From: a virus
Lineage: Duplodnaviria; Heunggongvirae; Uroviricota; Caudoviricetes
Reading direction: 5' to 3' (one strand)
Length of the DNA stretch: 26,772 nucleotides
IMG/VR virus record: IMGVR_UViG_2778260994_000003
Span: 1 to 26,772 of that record
The position numbers and the translations under genes are program-made. Of this stretch, positions 8,751 to 16,743 are shown piece after piece (the first letter of the stretch is position 1; the number at the start of each line of letters is the position of its first letter). The notes under the pieces were generated by a model. That model worked only from the letters and a program-made list of their open reading frames with translations, had not been told where the DNA came from and made no database searches.

Positions 8751-10034
8751 ATGACAGCAGAAATAGCCGTATTTAACAAGACCGCAGTAGCTTTAGCCGC
8801 AGATTCAGCTGTAACGATTTCTGGAGGCGGCAAACATAAAATCTATAATGGCGCTGAAAAGCTTTTCGCTCTCACTAAACATCATCCTGTAGGTTTGATG
8901 GTATATGGAACTGGTGATCTCTGCACAGCTCCATGGGAGCTTATCATTAAGGCTTATAGAAAGGATTTAGGCTCTAAATGTTTTGACTCTTTGGAGGAAT
9001 ATGCTGAGGATTTCTTCAATTATCTACAGTCAGCTAAATCAATCATCACACCAGGTATGCGTGAGGCTCATCTTTATCACTTCCTGAGCGAGATTGTATT
9101 CAGCATGCTTGTTGATGCTTTTTCTGAAGGTCTCGAACCAACATATCTCGTTAACTTCGATAAGAATCAATTTGTTACAGACCTCACGAATTATTGCAAC
9201 GATCTCCTTACAAAATTATCTGATATTAATTACTTTGATGGTTTTACTCCGGATGATGAACAAGCAGCCCAAACCTATGCTTCATCAATTACCCAACGCA
9301 TCATTGCTCAAAAGTTTAGTGACTTTGATTCAATATCCATAACTCCACAGTTGACAAAAGCAGTTAGTGATGTATTGGCAGCTATGATATGCAAGCAAAG
9401 TGATATTGGTTCCGTCTCTGGGATTGTGATTGCAGGTTATGGCGATAAAGACTATTACCCTAAAGTATTATCATATGAAGTTTGTGGCTTCTTTAATGAT
9501 AAAATAAGGAAAACCACAGATGCTGACAAGTGCTGCATCACTCCTAATTGCGGCGTGACTCCCTTTGCGCAAGAGGATGAAGTTTCTGCTTTCATGCAAG
9601 GAGCTAGTTCACATCTTATCCAAAATCTTCATGCTGAGTATCAACGTTCTATCGGCGATTTACTTGATGGTATTGATTCAGTAATCACAGATTTGGTGCC
9701 CACTTCAGATATCGAAGGAGCCAAGGATGCTATAGTTGATGTAGTGCGCAGAACTGTTTCCGATTGCAAGGGGCGTATTGATAGCTTTGTCCGAGAAAAC
9801 TATGTTGACAAAGTCGTAAATATGATCGAGTTTTTACCCAAGCAAGATTTAGCTTATATGGCTGAATCATTAGTAAATTTAACCGCTTTCAAGCGCAAGG
9901 TCTCCGATGATACTGAAACAGTGGGAGGCCCCATAGATGTTGCAATCATTTCTAAAGCTGATGGTTTTATCTGGGTTAAACGTAAGCACTATTTTGCAAA
10001 AGAACTGAACCATCACTACTTTTCACGGTCATAG
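8751..10034 (+). CDS. HslV/proteasome-beta-like N-terminal-nucleophile hydrolase homologue (427 aa), function unknown
   Basis: After Met removal the protein starts T1-A-E-I-A-V and carries D17 (VALAADS), lysines at 27/29/36 and a VGLMVYGTGDLCTAPWELI segment. These align gaplessly with remembered HslV [21 protein letters not shown]...VIAGFAGGTADAFTLFELF. Low GC, and on the strand opposite the late operon. Confidence 0.5.
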   Translation: MTAEIAVFNKTAVALAADSAVTISGGGKHKIYNGAEKLFALTKHHPVGLMVYGTGDLCTAPWELIIKAYRKDLGSKCFDSLEEYAEDFFNYLQSAKSIITPGMREAHLYHFLSEIVFSMLVDAFSEGLEPTYLVNFDKNQFVTDLTNYCNDLLTKLSDINYFDGFTPDDEQAAQTYASSITQRIIAQKFSDFDSISITPQLTKAVSDVLAAMICKQSDIGSVSGIVIAGYGDKDYYPKVLSYEVCGFFNDKIRKTTDADKCCITPNCGVTPFAQEDEVSAFMQGASSHLIQNLHAEYQRSIGDLLDGIDSVITDLVPTSDIEGAKDAIVDVVRRTVSDCKGRIDSFVRENYVDKVVNMIEFLPKQDLAYMAESLVNLTAFKRKVSDDTETVGGPIDVAIISKADGFIWVKRKHYFAKELNHHYFSRS

Positions 10035-10057
10035 CAACAAATAGACAAGGGGAACAC

Positions 10058-10207
10058 ATGTCACTTAAGCAAGCCTATGAAAGAACTCAACCCAAAAGCA
10101 TCAATGATTTCTTTCAGTTGAGTACTTCTGGAAAGAGTCGACGTACTGTAACAAGCCAATCTAACTTCTTTACTAAATTGAACAAAACATTACCTGCACA
10201 ATCCTAA
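10058..10207 (+). CDS. Small 49-aa Ser/Thr-rich ORF co-oriented with and 23 nt downstream of the HslV-like gene
   Basis: AAGGGGAA Shine-Dalgarno 5 nt before the ATG. Peptide MSLKQAYERTQPKSINDFFQLSTSGKSRRTVTSQSNFFTKLNKTLPAQS. Ends 6 nt before a terminator hairpin. Too short for the ORF track. Confidence 0.35.
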   Translation: MSLKQAYERTQPKSINDFFQLSTSGKSRRTVTSQSNFFTKLNKTLPAQS

Positions 10208-10213
10208 AATGCT

Positions 10214-10235
10214 AAAAGCCACTACGGTGGCTTTT
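10214..10235. terminator. Bidirectional terminator hairpin between the HslV-like cassette and Q
   Basis: AAAAGCCAC-TACG-GTGGCTTTT, T-rich on both sides. Confidence 0.6.
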
Positions 10236-10240
10236 AGCTT

Positions 10241-10594
10241 TTATTTACATGCAATAACGCTCGTAATACCCTCTACAAAACCAATTGCAGTTTGTAATTC
10301 CTTTCTAATCGTGCCATCTGAACACCTTCTCTTTTTGGCAATAGTGCGTAATGAGATACCAATAACAAAGTGGGCTATGATGAGCTCATATTCCTCTGGT
10401 TTATACCTTCTCAACCGAGCCACACAACTGTCTATCATAATGCCTTCGTCATCATCACACTGAATCCGTGACTTTTTGCCATGAGGTAAAAGCCCCTTGA
10501 AGCCCGCTGCTATCGGTTGCCAATCGACACCACTATTTTCTGCTGCAGCCCATGCCCCCCAGCGGTCTAAAACCTCATACATATCACGCCCCAT
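10241..10594 (-). CDS. Late antiterminator Q (QuuD/QuuQ-type)
   Basis: LDRWGAWAA...DWQPIAAGFKGL...KSRIQCDDDEG matches the remembered QuuD pattern. The probable start is the ATG at 10594; the track ORF begins with GTG at 10603. Confidence 0.8.
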   Translation of the reverse strand: MGRDMYEVLDRWGAWAAAENSGVDWQPIAAGFKGLLPHGKKSRIQCDDDEGIMIDSCVARLRRYKPEEYELIIAHFVIGISLRTIAKKRRCSDGTIRKELQTAIGFVEGITSVIACK

Positions 10595-10955
10595 TACTAT
10601 CACCTCTAATTTCGCAAATCTTCACGCCCAGCCGACCACCAGGAACGAGCTTACCGCGCACAATATTGATTTCATCAAACTGCTCGTCGTCTATGAGAAG
10701 CCCCGCATGCGTCAGTGCATCCAGCGGTGCTTTCAGGATATTGTCCAGGTCCCGACGGCGCTTATCCGGCGGCTCTGCAGTAATTTTTATTGCCAGCCTT
10801 CCGGACAGGTTTAATTTCAGCCGCTGCTGGCGGACAATAAGTGCCACATCCCGGCGATAACGCTCACCGGCTTTTGATACAAAATATGTGCTGCCACGAC
10901 GACGCCAGTAGGTGTTCACCGTCGGCGGGTAAGGCAAAACAAACTCTATACGCAT
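10584..10955 (-). CDS. rusA: Holliday-junction resolvase RusA
   Basis: LPYPPTVNTYW...DKRRRDLDNILKAPLDALTHAGLLIDDEQ, the RusA catalytic-Asp pattern. Overlaps the start of Q. Confidence 0.85.
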   Translation of the reverse strand: MRIEFVLPYPPTVNTYWRRRGSTYFVSKAGERYRRDVALIVRQQRLKLNLSGRLAIKITAEPPDKRRRDLDNILKAPLDALTHAGLLIDDEQFDEINIVRGKLVPGGRLGVKICEIRGDSNGA

Positions 10956-10967
10956 CAGTAACCTCTT

Positions 10968-12014
10968 TTACCCGAGCACGCCGGTTGCAAAGGCGCGATC
11001 AAGAAAACGAAAAATTAAATCAATCTGGGAACCATGCTTTTCTTCAAATGCCAGCGGATCAGCATGAAGTTCGTTGTGATGCTCCCGGCACAACGGTAGC
11101 GTGAAAATATCGTGGGCTTTTGTCCCTATTCCGCCCTGACCATGACCAATCAGGTGATGGGGATCGTCGGCTGGCTTACCACAACACGCACACGGCTGTG
11201 TCTTTACCCAGCGCGTATATTTCTCATTTACCCAACGGCGACGTTTAGGTCGCTTCATGAAAGATTCCGGAGACTCCGGATCAACAGCAATGCTGACCAC
11301 CGTCTTTTCCTGTGGCGGGTTTTGCTGGTGGGCGTGAGGCAGCGGCGCAAGATTTTTTGTGCGCTGCTTCAGTATGCTGGTGGCGGTCTGCTCTCCCGGT
11401 ACGATGTCGCTTTCGCGGTACACCGAGCGAATTTTTTCCGCACGTAACCCCAGAGAACGACGTAATACTACCTCCGGTAGTGCGTCCGCCACCTGATTGC
11501 AGACAGCCCACCAGGATAATTCAGCCAGCGATAATTCCCGCTCCTGTGTGCCATTCATTGCATGGCGCATGACGTCAATCATCCATGCTGACAGGTTTTG
11601 GTGAGCAAGTTGCTCAAGTGATTCGGAGGACTGGTCACGCAACTGGTTGTCACAGTGCCAGCACAACACCATCGCGCCAGCACCGTAACGATGTATGACG
11701 GTTTCGCTGTGATGGTAATCACCATGAGGCCACTGGCAGGATTTAACATGACGCAGGAGCCAGTCAGACAGTGCACCAGCGCCGCCGGCAGCACGAATCA
11801 CCCGCTCGTTACTGAAAAACGGCAGTAATGATTTATCCTCCGCCAACGGCTGGCGAACGGCAGGAACGACTCCGGACGGCAGACTGCGCATGCTTTTCGG
11901 TTCAGGCTCCACCAGCACCCGGGGATTGTAAAATACCTGCATGGATTCACGACCAGGCTTAACGATCACCAGCCCGAGTTCCGGTACCGGAACAGGTCTA
12001 AGTAATACCCGCAC
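10968..12014 (-). CDS. DUF968-family prophage protein (YdfU-like) with C-terminal Cys/His motif
   Basis: 348 aa with C-terminal CACCGKPADDPHHLIGHGQGG...CREHHNELH. GTG start preceded by GGAGG. Same position relative to Q as ydfU in Qin, as recalled. Confidence 0.7.
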   Translation of the reverse strand: MRVLLRPVPVPELGLVIVKPGRESMQVFYNPRVLVEPEPKSMRSLPSGVVPAVRQPLAEDKSLLPFFSNERVIRAAGGAGALSDWLLRHVKSCQWPHGDYHHSETVIHRYGAGAMVLCWHCDNQLRDQSSESLEQLAHQNLSAWMIDVMRHAMNGTQERELSLAELSWWAVCNQVADALPEVVLRRSLGLRAEKIRSVYRESDIVPGEQTATSILKQRTKNLAPLPHAHQQNPPQEKTVVSIAVDPESPESFMKRPKRRRWVNEKYTRWVKTQPCACCGKPADDPHHLIGHGQGGIGTKAHDIFTLPLCREHHNELHADPLAFEEKHGSQIDLIFRFLDRAFATGVLG

Positions 12015-12015
12015 G

Positions 12016-12294
12016 TTACCTCCAGATCCGTTGTTGGTATGTGCGGGATGAACGCGGTGGGCGTTCGGAGTAAGGAAGTCTGACTGAGATTATCCAGTGA
12101 CGGTAGTCGAGGCTAAGGGTTTTCTTAACCTCGTATCCGCGCCTGCGGTAACACTGAATTAGCCACTCGGCCTGTTCTTCAGTGCATGGGGGATGCTGGA
12201 ACCAGTCAGATTTGAAAGTGCGGGAACGCCGCCCGTGCCTGCTGGCAAAGACGGCAGAATCATCAGAATTGTGTAATTTGGTATCGTGCGCCAT
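12016..12294 (-). CDS. Hypothetical small prophage protein (Rem-like position)
   Basis: 92-aa ORF from the ATG at 12294 (MAHDTKLH...). The longer track ORF to 12423 would run through a terminator hairpin and is rejected. Confidence 0.45.
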   Translation of the reverse strand: MAHDTKLHNSDDSAVFASRHGRRSRTFKSDWFQHPPCTEEQAEWLIQCYRRRGYEVKKTLSLDYRHWIISVRLPYSERPPRSSRTYQQRIWR

Positions 12295-12365
12295 CGGTTG
12301 TCTCTGCTGGCGCAGCAGGTGCCAGTTGTTCAAGCTGGCGTGCGAATTGTAAACCAGAATGCCAG

Positions 12366-12393
12366 GAAAAAACAAAACCCGCCGAAGCGGGTT
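12366..12393 (-). terminator. Intrinsic terminator (minus strand) downstream of hok
   Basis: AACCCGC-CGAA-GCGGGTT stem followed on the minus strand by TTTGTTTTTT. Confidence 0.7.
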
Positions 12394-12461
12394 AAGTGCG
12401 GGTGCGTTGAGAATGCCTGCCACATCAGAGGTGGCGAGGGATTTCTCCCTCGCCGGGTCTC

Positions 12462-12617
12462 TTACTCCTCAGGTTCGTAAGCTGTGAAGACAGCGACCTC
12501 CGTCTGGCCGGTTCGGATTCGTACCTCGCAGAGGTCTTTCCTCGTTACCAGTGCCGTCACTATGGCGGTTAAACAGATGACGATCAGGGCGATTAACATC
12601 GCCTTTTGCTGCTTCAT
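12462..12617 (-). CDS. hokD: Hok-family type I toxin (51 aa)
   Basis: Hand translation gives MKQQKAMLIALIVICLTAIVTALVTRKDLCEVRIRTGQTEVAVFTAYEPEE, essentially the HokD/RelF sequence as I remember it. GGAG upstream. A 19-codon upstream ORF (about 12614..12675) overlaps the hok ATG. Too short for the ORF track. Confidence 0.85.
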   Translation of the reverse strand: MKQQKAMLIALIVICLTAIVTALVTRKDLCEVRIRTGQTEVAVFTAYEPEE

Positions 12618-12828
12618 AGCCTGCTTCTCCTTGACCTTTCGGTCCGTAAGAGGCTAATCTCTATGTGTCGCATAGATATGGCCTCAGATTAATGTTAAGC
12701 GTCTTGCAGGACGCGTAATGTTAACTGGGGCTTTTCTCTATCTGCCTTTTGGTGTTCATGCCTGAGACAGATAGCCTCAAGCACCCGCAGCCATTCTACT
12801 TAACTCCCGTTACCTCGCCAATATAAAA

Positions 12829-12918
12829 TCAATCAGAAAGGCGATCCATAAGAACAACAGCAAGACAATAAATTGCCATTACAGCTGCAATAGCCAGCGC
12901 ACATTTGAGAACCAGCAC
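12829..12918 (-). CDS. Candidate 29-aa hydrophobic peptide gene
   Basis: GTG start with a perfect AGGAGG 5 nt upstream. Peptide MLVLKCALAIAAVMAIYCLAVVLMDRLSD (one TM helix). Not in the ORF track because of its length. Confidence 0.3.
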   Translation of the reverse strand: MLVLKCALAIAAVMAIYCLAVVLMDRLSD

Positions 12919-13148
12919 GACAACCTCCTGTATTGGACGTACACCAGTCCTGATAAATATGAGGCTGTCTCATCATTGATGAGATACAACTATTGGGTAT
13001 AGTTTCTGTGATTTTGTTCTGTAGAAATGGAACACAACAACCAGTCACCACCAGTACTTCTTTAAATACGCCAAGTCCGACGCAAGCTAACCTTCTAGTC
13101 CGCTTTGAGCGAAATGCGGACATGCGGGAGCATGGTTTATGTATGAAA

Positions 13149-13985
13149 CTAATGATGATAAATACCATCGTCTAAAGGGGGACCTTCAGCCGTAACCCCC
13201 GTGATACTACTTGGCGGTTCAAAGATGGCCCGACCAAATATTGCATCAAACTCTGCTTTTGTGACTGATAAGTATTGCAAGATGAGCTCTAGCAGCTCTC
13301 TGTACGTATCACAATGCCATTCAATGTGAGGACATATTCGGGAGAGAACTCTGTTCTTAAAATCATCCAGATTATTTGGGACTTCCAGCAAGTTACCAGT
13401 GTTTAATGCTTTCGACATAAACTTGTAATTGAGCATAGAGAGAACCACTACTGATACACCTTTCTCTTGCCTTAACTGATCGAACTTCTCTTGTGCTTGA
13501 AGGCTTAGCTTGGCGTATTCGCGATCTCGTTTAGAGTTGATTGGTTCGACGTACTGAAGCGGTTCGTCTGCAGCATCACCGATACGTGGACAAAAGTATC
13601 TATTCCACCAAGCCTCAAAATACCTTTTTTGGAACTCAAGGTATGTCATCCCAATAATATTGGTGTTTTGAGTGTACTGTTTAGCACCCTGCTGAAGCCC
13701 GTGCTTTGAAATAATAAATCCAATATTAGCCCCGGTTTCATGCATTACCGTGGTGAACGAATGGACCACCGTCTGTGGTATAGAACTACCCCAGTTTTTG
13801 CATTCCACAATGTATCTGATTTTGTCCACGCTCCTAACATCTGTAGCAAGAACATCCACATTCACCGAGCCACGCGGGGTTTCTAAATCGACCTCGACTT
13901 CTGCAAACAAGCCAACATTACGGAATATACGTTGGACCCCTGTCTGGAGGTCTTGCCAGTTTTCTGGTAGTGGGTCATCGATCAC
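13149..13985 (-). CDS. Mrr-like (PD-(D/E)xK restriction-endonuclease fold) N-terminal domain protein with unknown C-terminal domain
   Basis: VDVLATD...IRYIVECKNWGSS...GFIISKHG pattern (D...E-C-K) typical of Mrr/restriction-endonuclease catalytic cores. GTG start with AGGAAAAG upstream. GC content lower than the host-like genes. Confidence 0.55.
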   Translation of the reverse strand: MIDDPLPENWQDLQTGVQRIFRNVGLFAEVEVDLETPRGSVNVDVLATDVRSVDKIRYIVECKNWGSSIPQTVVHSFTTVMHETGANIGFIISKHGLQQGAKQYTQNTNIIGMTYLEFQKRYFEAWWNRYFCPRIGDAADEPLQYVEPINSKRDREYAKLSLQAQEKFDQLRQEKGVSVVVLSMLNYKFMSKALNTGNLLEVPNNLDDFKNRVLSRICPHIEWHCDTYRELLELILQYLSVTKAEFDAIFGRAIFEPPSSITGVTAEGPPLDDGIYHH

Positions 13986-14279
13986 TTCTGCTTTTCCTAT
14001 GCACTATCCGCATGCTTTTAAGACTACTTGAAGACACAAACGTCGTCATCCACTAAAAGGTTCAAATTTGAGATAAAAGTTCGTTTCTGGTACGAAGCGG
14101 ATCGTTTGAAGAACCGTGTGATCTGCTAAGAGCGAGGAGTGGACGTTCTCAAGGGATTGCTTACATCGAGGATGTATGAATCAACGGGGTGCAGGTCACA
14201 ATATATGCTATCACTTGGTTGTTGAAACGAATGCCAAAGCCTGTGACGAGCGAGGAGTAGACTTTGGCACAAAAAAAAT

Positions 14280-15233
14280 TTAAGTGTCCGATGACTTTGT
14301 TTCAGCCGCTTTATCCTCAACCAATACCCAATCTCCGGAGCTAACCTTTGTCATAAGACAAAATGGAAAGTTGTTAAAAAAATGTTCAATATCACTTGAG
14401 GGTATTTTCTCAATTTTATTTAAACAACCATCAGCTATTTGTAGGGAAATCATTTCTCTTGTAATTTTCATAAATTGATCAACATCAGATAACAACCATG
14501 TTTCATGATGAGCACCAAACAATTTGTGCGGTATATCATCAAGAATAAGATTGTCTAAATCATGTGATTTATCTTTGTTTAGCTCAAGAAGTACAAAATC
14601 AAAAAAATCAAAAAGATATGAATAGAGAAGATGAGTATAAAAGGTAAAATAGTAATCAGCAAAATTAATATTGTTATTGAATCTATTTGAATACATCATA
14701 TGAGGTTGAATCAGATCGTTTAGATCAGAGTCATATGCTTGGAAACAAATCTTTGTTTTAATATTATCATCGTTGACATAATAAGGATTTACTGTTATCC
14801 CTCCATGAACTATCTTATTTCTTATTTTATTAAAGTCCTTATACCATTTTAAATTCAAATCTGGAAATTCCTGTGCATATTGCTGGAAATGATTTTCAAG
14901 GTAATCATATTTGTTGCCATTTTTTTTAGTTGGAAAAATTAATTTATCAGCTATCTGATATGCAATATCCCATATCGTGCTGATTTTATAATAGCAATAC
15001 TCAATAGCACTAATGCTGACAATTGATGTTGCATCATGTTTTCTGATGAACTCAGCATCTTTTTGAATTTTATTAATGTAAGTAATCATATAAAACAGTT
15101 TCTTGAAATGAGTTTTTAAATTTTTTAAAAGAAACTGAAGTTTTATGTCTTCCAGTGTATCTTCTTCATACTTATTTAAGTACATAATAATTTTATAAAG
15201 TGGACTGCCAACTCTTTTTGCATGTACATCCAT
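14280..15233 (-). CDS. AT-rich hypothetical protein with a HEPN-like R-N-x3-H motif (Abi-like candidate)
   Basis: 317 aa at roughly 30% GC. Contains KIRNKIVHGG (R-x4-H with a polar residue after the Arg). GGAG RBS and its own TTGACT-17-TTAAAT promoter. Confidence 0.45.
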   Translation of the reverse strand: MDVHAKRVGSPLYKIIMYLNKYEEDTLEDIKLQFLLKNLKTHFKKLFYMITYINKIQKDAEFIRKHDATSIVSISAIEYCYYKISTIWDIAYQIADKLIFPTKKNGNKYDYLENHFQQYAQEFPDLNLKWYKDFNKIRNKIVHGGITVNPYYVNDDNIKTKICFQAYDSDLNDLIQPHMMYSNRFNNNINFADYYFTFYTHLLYSYLFDFFDFVLLELNKDKSHDLDNLILDDIPHKLFGAHHETWLLSDVDQFMKITREMISLQIADGCLNKIEKIPSSDIEHFFNNFPFCLMTKVSSGDWVLVEDKAAETKSSDT

Positions 15234-15273
15234 TATTTACTCCAATAAATCAATGCGAACATTTTAATTGAAA

Positions 15274-15302
15274 ATTTAATGCCAAAAACTTTAGTTAGTC
15301 AA
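15274..15302 (-). promoter_or_regulatory. Candidate sigma70 promoter for the HEPN-like gene
   Basis: On the minus strand: TTGACT (15297..15302), 17-nt spacer, TTAAAT (15274..15279), about 40 nt upstream of the ATG at 15233. Confidence 0.4.
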
Positions 15303-15402
15303 TAATTTATTCAAACGTCCGCTACTGGCACAAAGCAGACGCCCACTCTCACGCGAATGCTTTGCCCTTGACTTGCCAACAACCGTATCGCTTGCTCCGC
15401 AA

Positions 15403-16695
15403 CTATGGTTTTTTATTAGAATCTTCGCCACTAAATAAATTATAATAAATTGATTTTATTAGATATCTGTCAGAATCTATATGGTCAGCACGAGTAGCAT
15501 GCTCTAATGTTTCAAATGCTAGGGTTTGTGCGGCTTCAGCAAAAATTCCAGGCCAACCCTTACTCAGCATCGACAGTCCTTTAAGGACCCTTATCTGAAT
15601 TTCCCTCATACTGGCACCATCGCGCGCAACAGGTGAGAAAAAGTCTTCAAGTAGATCGTTATTCTGAAGTGGTGCAACATGTACAGAAGGATATTTCACT
15701 TCTATTTCATCAGATTTATTCTGCGCGTAAGCGGAAAGTATACGTACACCTCTGCCAATGACATCAATGGCGGTTCCAGGATCGTTCACTGCGGGGGAAA
15801 GGGCTCGGCAGGCTATTTCGGCCATGACGCTAAGACAAAATCGGGGGTCCTGAGCAAATGAACGTACATCCGAGACAATAATCGTCTCAAGTAAATCGGT
15901 GCTGATTGATGACTCCTGGCCCTGACTCAGGTACAAAACTGGCGTGGACGGATGTATGAAACTGCCCGGCTGCGCCACGAGGTATACATGACGGGGATCA
16001 TTGGTCAGCAGCTTGCTGAGTTTCACCATATCAACATATTCAACATAGCCAATCTTTTTCGGATAAACTGCAACCGTTCCTTTCGGCTGTTCATTGTTCT
16101 CAAGCCATGGATATCCGCCGAGACAGGGATTTCTTGCTCTCGCAATAAATGTTTCGATGGCCGCCTGTTCTACTTTTGCCGTTGTCTCACCAACCCTCCC
16201 CAGAGAGGTCAAATGCTGTATCCAGCGAAGCAATGTGATGAGGATTAAGGCAATGACAACCAGTGTTACAATGAATAAAATGACTCTCCCCCTTTCTCCA
16301 TAAGCTCCCATATTGAGGGCAATAATCCCTACCAGACTGAAGAGAAAAGAACCGATGAAGGTGGCCAGTACATTTTGTGTGGTGACGTCTTCAACAACTA
16401 AACGAGTAGCTCTGGGAGTCACATTAGTAGTGGCTGAACCGTAGGCTGTGACCATGATGCTCAGCGAAAATGTGGTCACTGCCAGCATACTCGATGCCAG
16501 TATGTTCAGAATGTTATCGACTGCTTCCGCACCAACCTTCACGGAAACCGACTCAGGTATCATTGATTTAAAAAGAATTGATAAAAGGGCCGTTATTATT
16601 GCGACAATTGCGAATAACGTTGCCCTGAACCATAGTTTTTTAAATGTCTGCTTCAGCATCCATTTCCAGCGTGAAATCATTCTGCATTCCCTCAT
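15403..16695 (-). CDS. Membrane protein, DUF2254-like (N-terminal TM helices plus soluble domain)
   Basis: 430-aa ORF with 4-5 hydrophobic helices in the first ~150 residues. Family name from memory. An alternative start at 16680 has a better RBS (GAGGGA). Confidence 0.55.
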   Translation of the reverse strand: MRECRMISRWKWMLKQTFKKLWFRATLFAIVAIITALLSILFKSMIPESVSVKVGAEAVDNILNILASSMLAVTTFSLSIMVTAYGSATTNVTPRATRLVVEDVTTQNVLATFIGSFLFSLVGIIALNMGAYGERGRVILFIVTLVVIALILITLLRWIQHLTSLGRVGETTAKVEQAAIETFIARARNPCLGGYPWLENNEQPKGTVAVYPKKIGYVEYVDMVKLSKLLTNDPRHVYLVAQPGSFIHPSTPVLYLSQGQESSISTDLLETIIVSDVRSFAQDPRFCLSVMAEIACRALSPAVNDPGTAIDVIGRGVRILSAYAQNKSDEIEVKYPSVHVAPLQNNDLLEDFFSPVARDGASMREIQIRVLKGLSMLSKGWPGIFAEAAQTLAFETLEHATRADHIDSDRYLIKSIYYNLFSGEDSNKKP

Positions 16696-16715
16696 ATTGC
16701 AGCCGGGATAAATAA

Positions 16716-16736
16716 ATGCCGCCTCTGTGGCGGCAT
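16716..16736 (-). terminator. Hairpin with T-rich tail 8 nt after the betT-like stop
   Basis: ATGCCGCC-TCTGT-GGCGGCAT perfect inverted repeat followed on the minus strand by TTATTTAT. Confidence 0.5.
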
Positions 16737-16743
16737 GTTGCTG

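Noticed and set aside
8751-10034. Pairing of the HslV-like gene with the nearby methyltransferase as a restriction-modification-like system
   Set aside because: The genes are on opposite strands, separated by a terminator and another ORF, and the 427-aa protein shows protease-like rather than nuclease-like motifs.
12016-12423. Long 135-aa form of the small protein upstream of the DUF968 gene
   Set aside because: The N-terminal extension would be translated through the hok terminator hairpin (12366..12393). The internal ATG at 12294 is the likely start.
12833-13168. 111-aa Cys-rich minus-strand ORF
   Set aside because: Implausible composition and no RBS. The supported feature in this interval is the 29-codon ORF in another frame (12829..12918).
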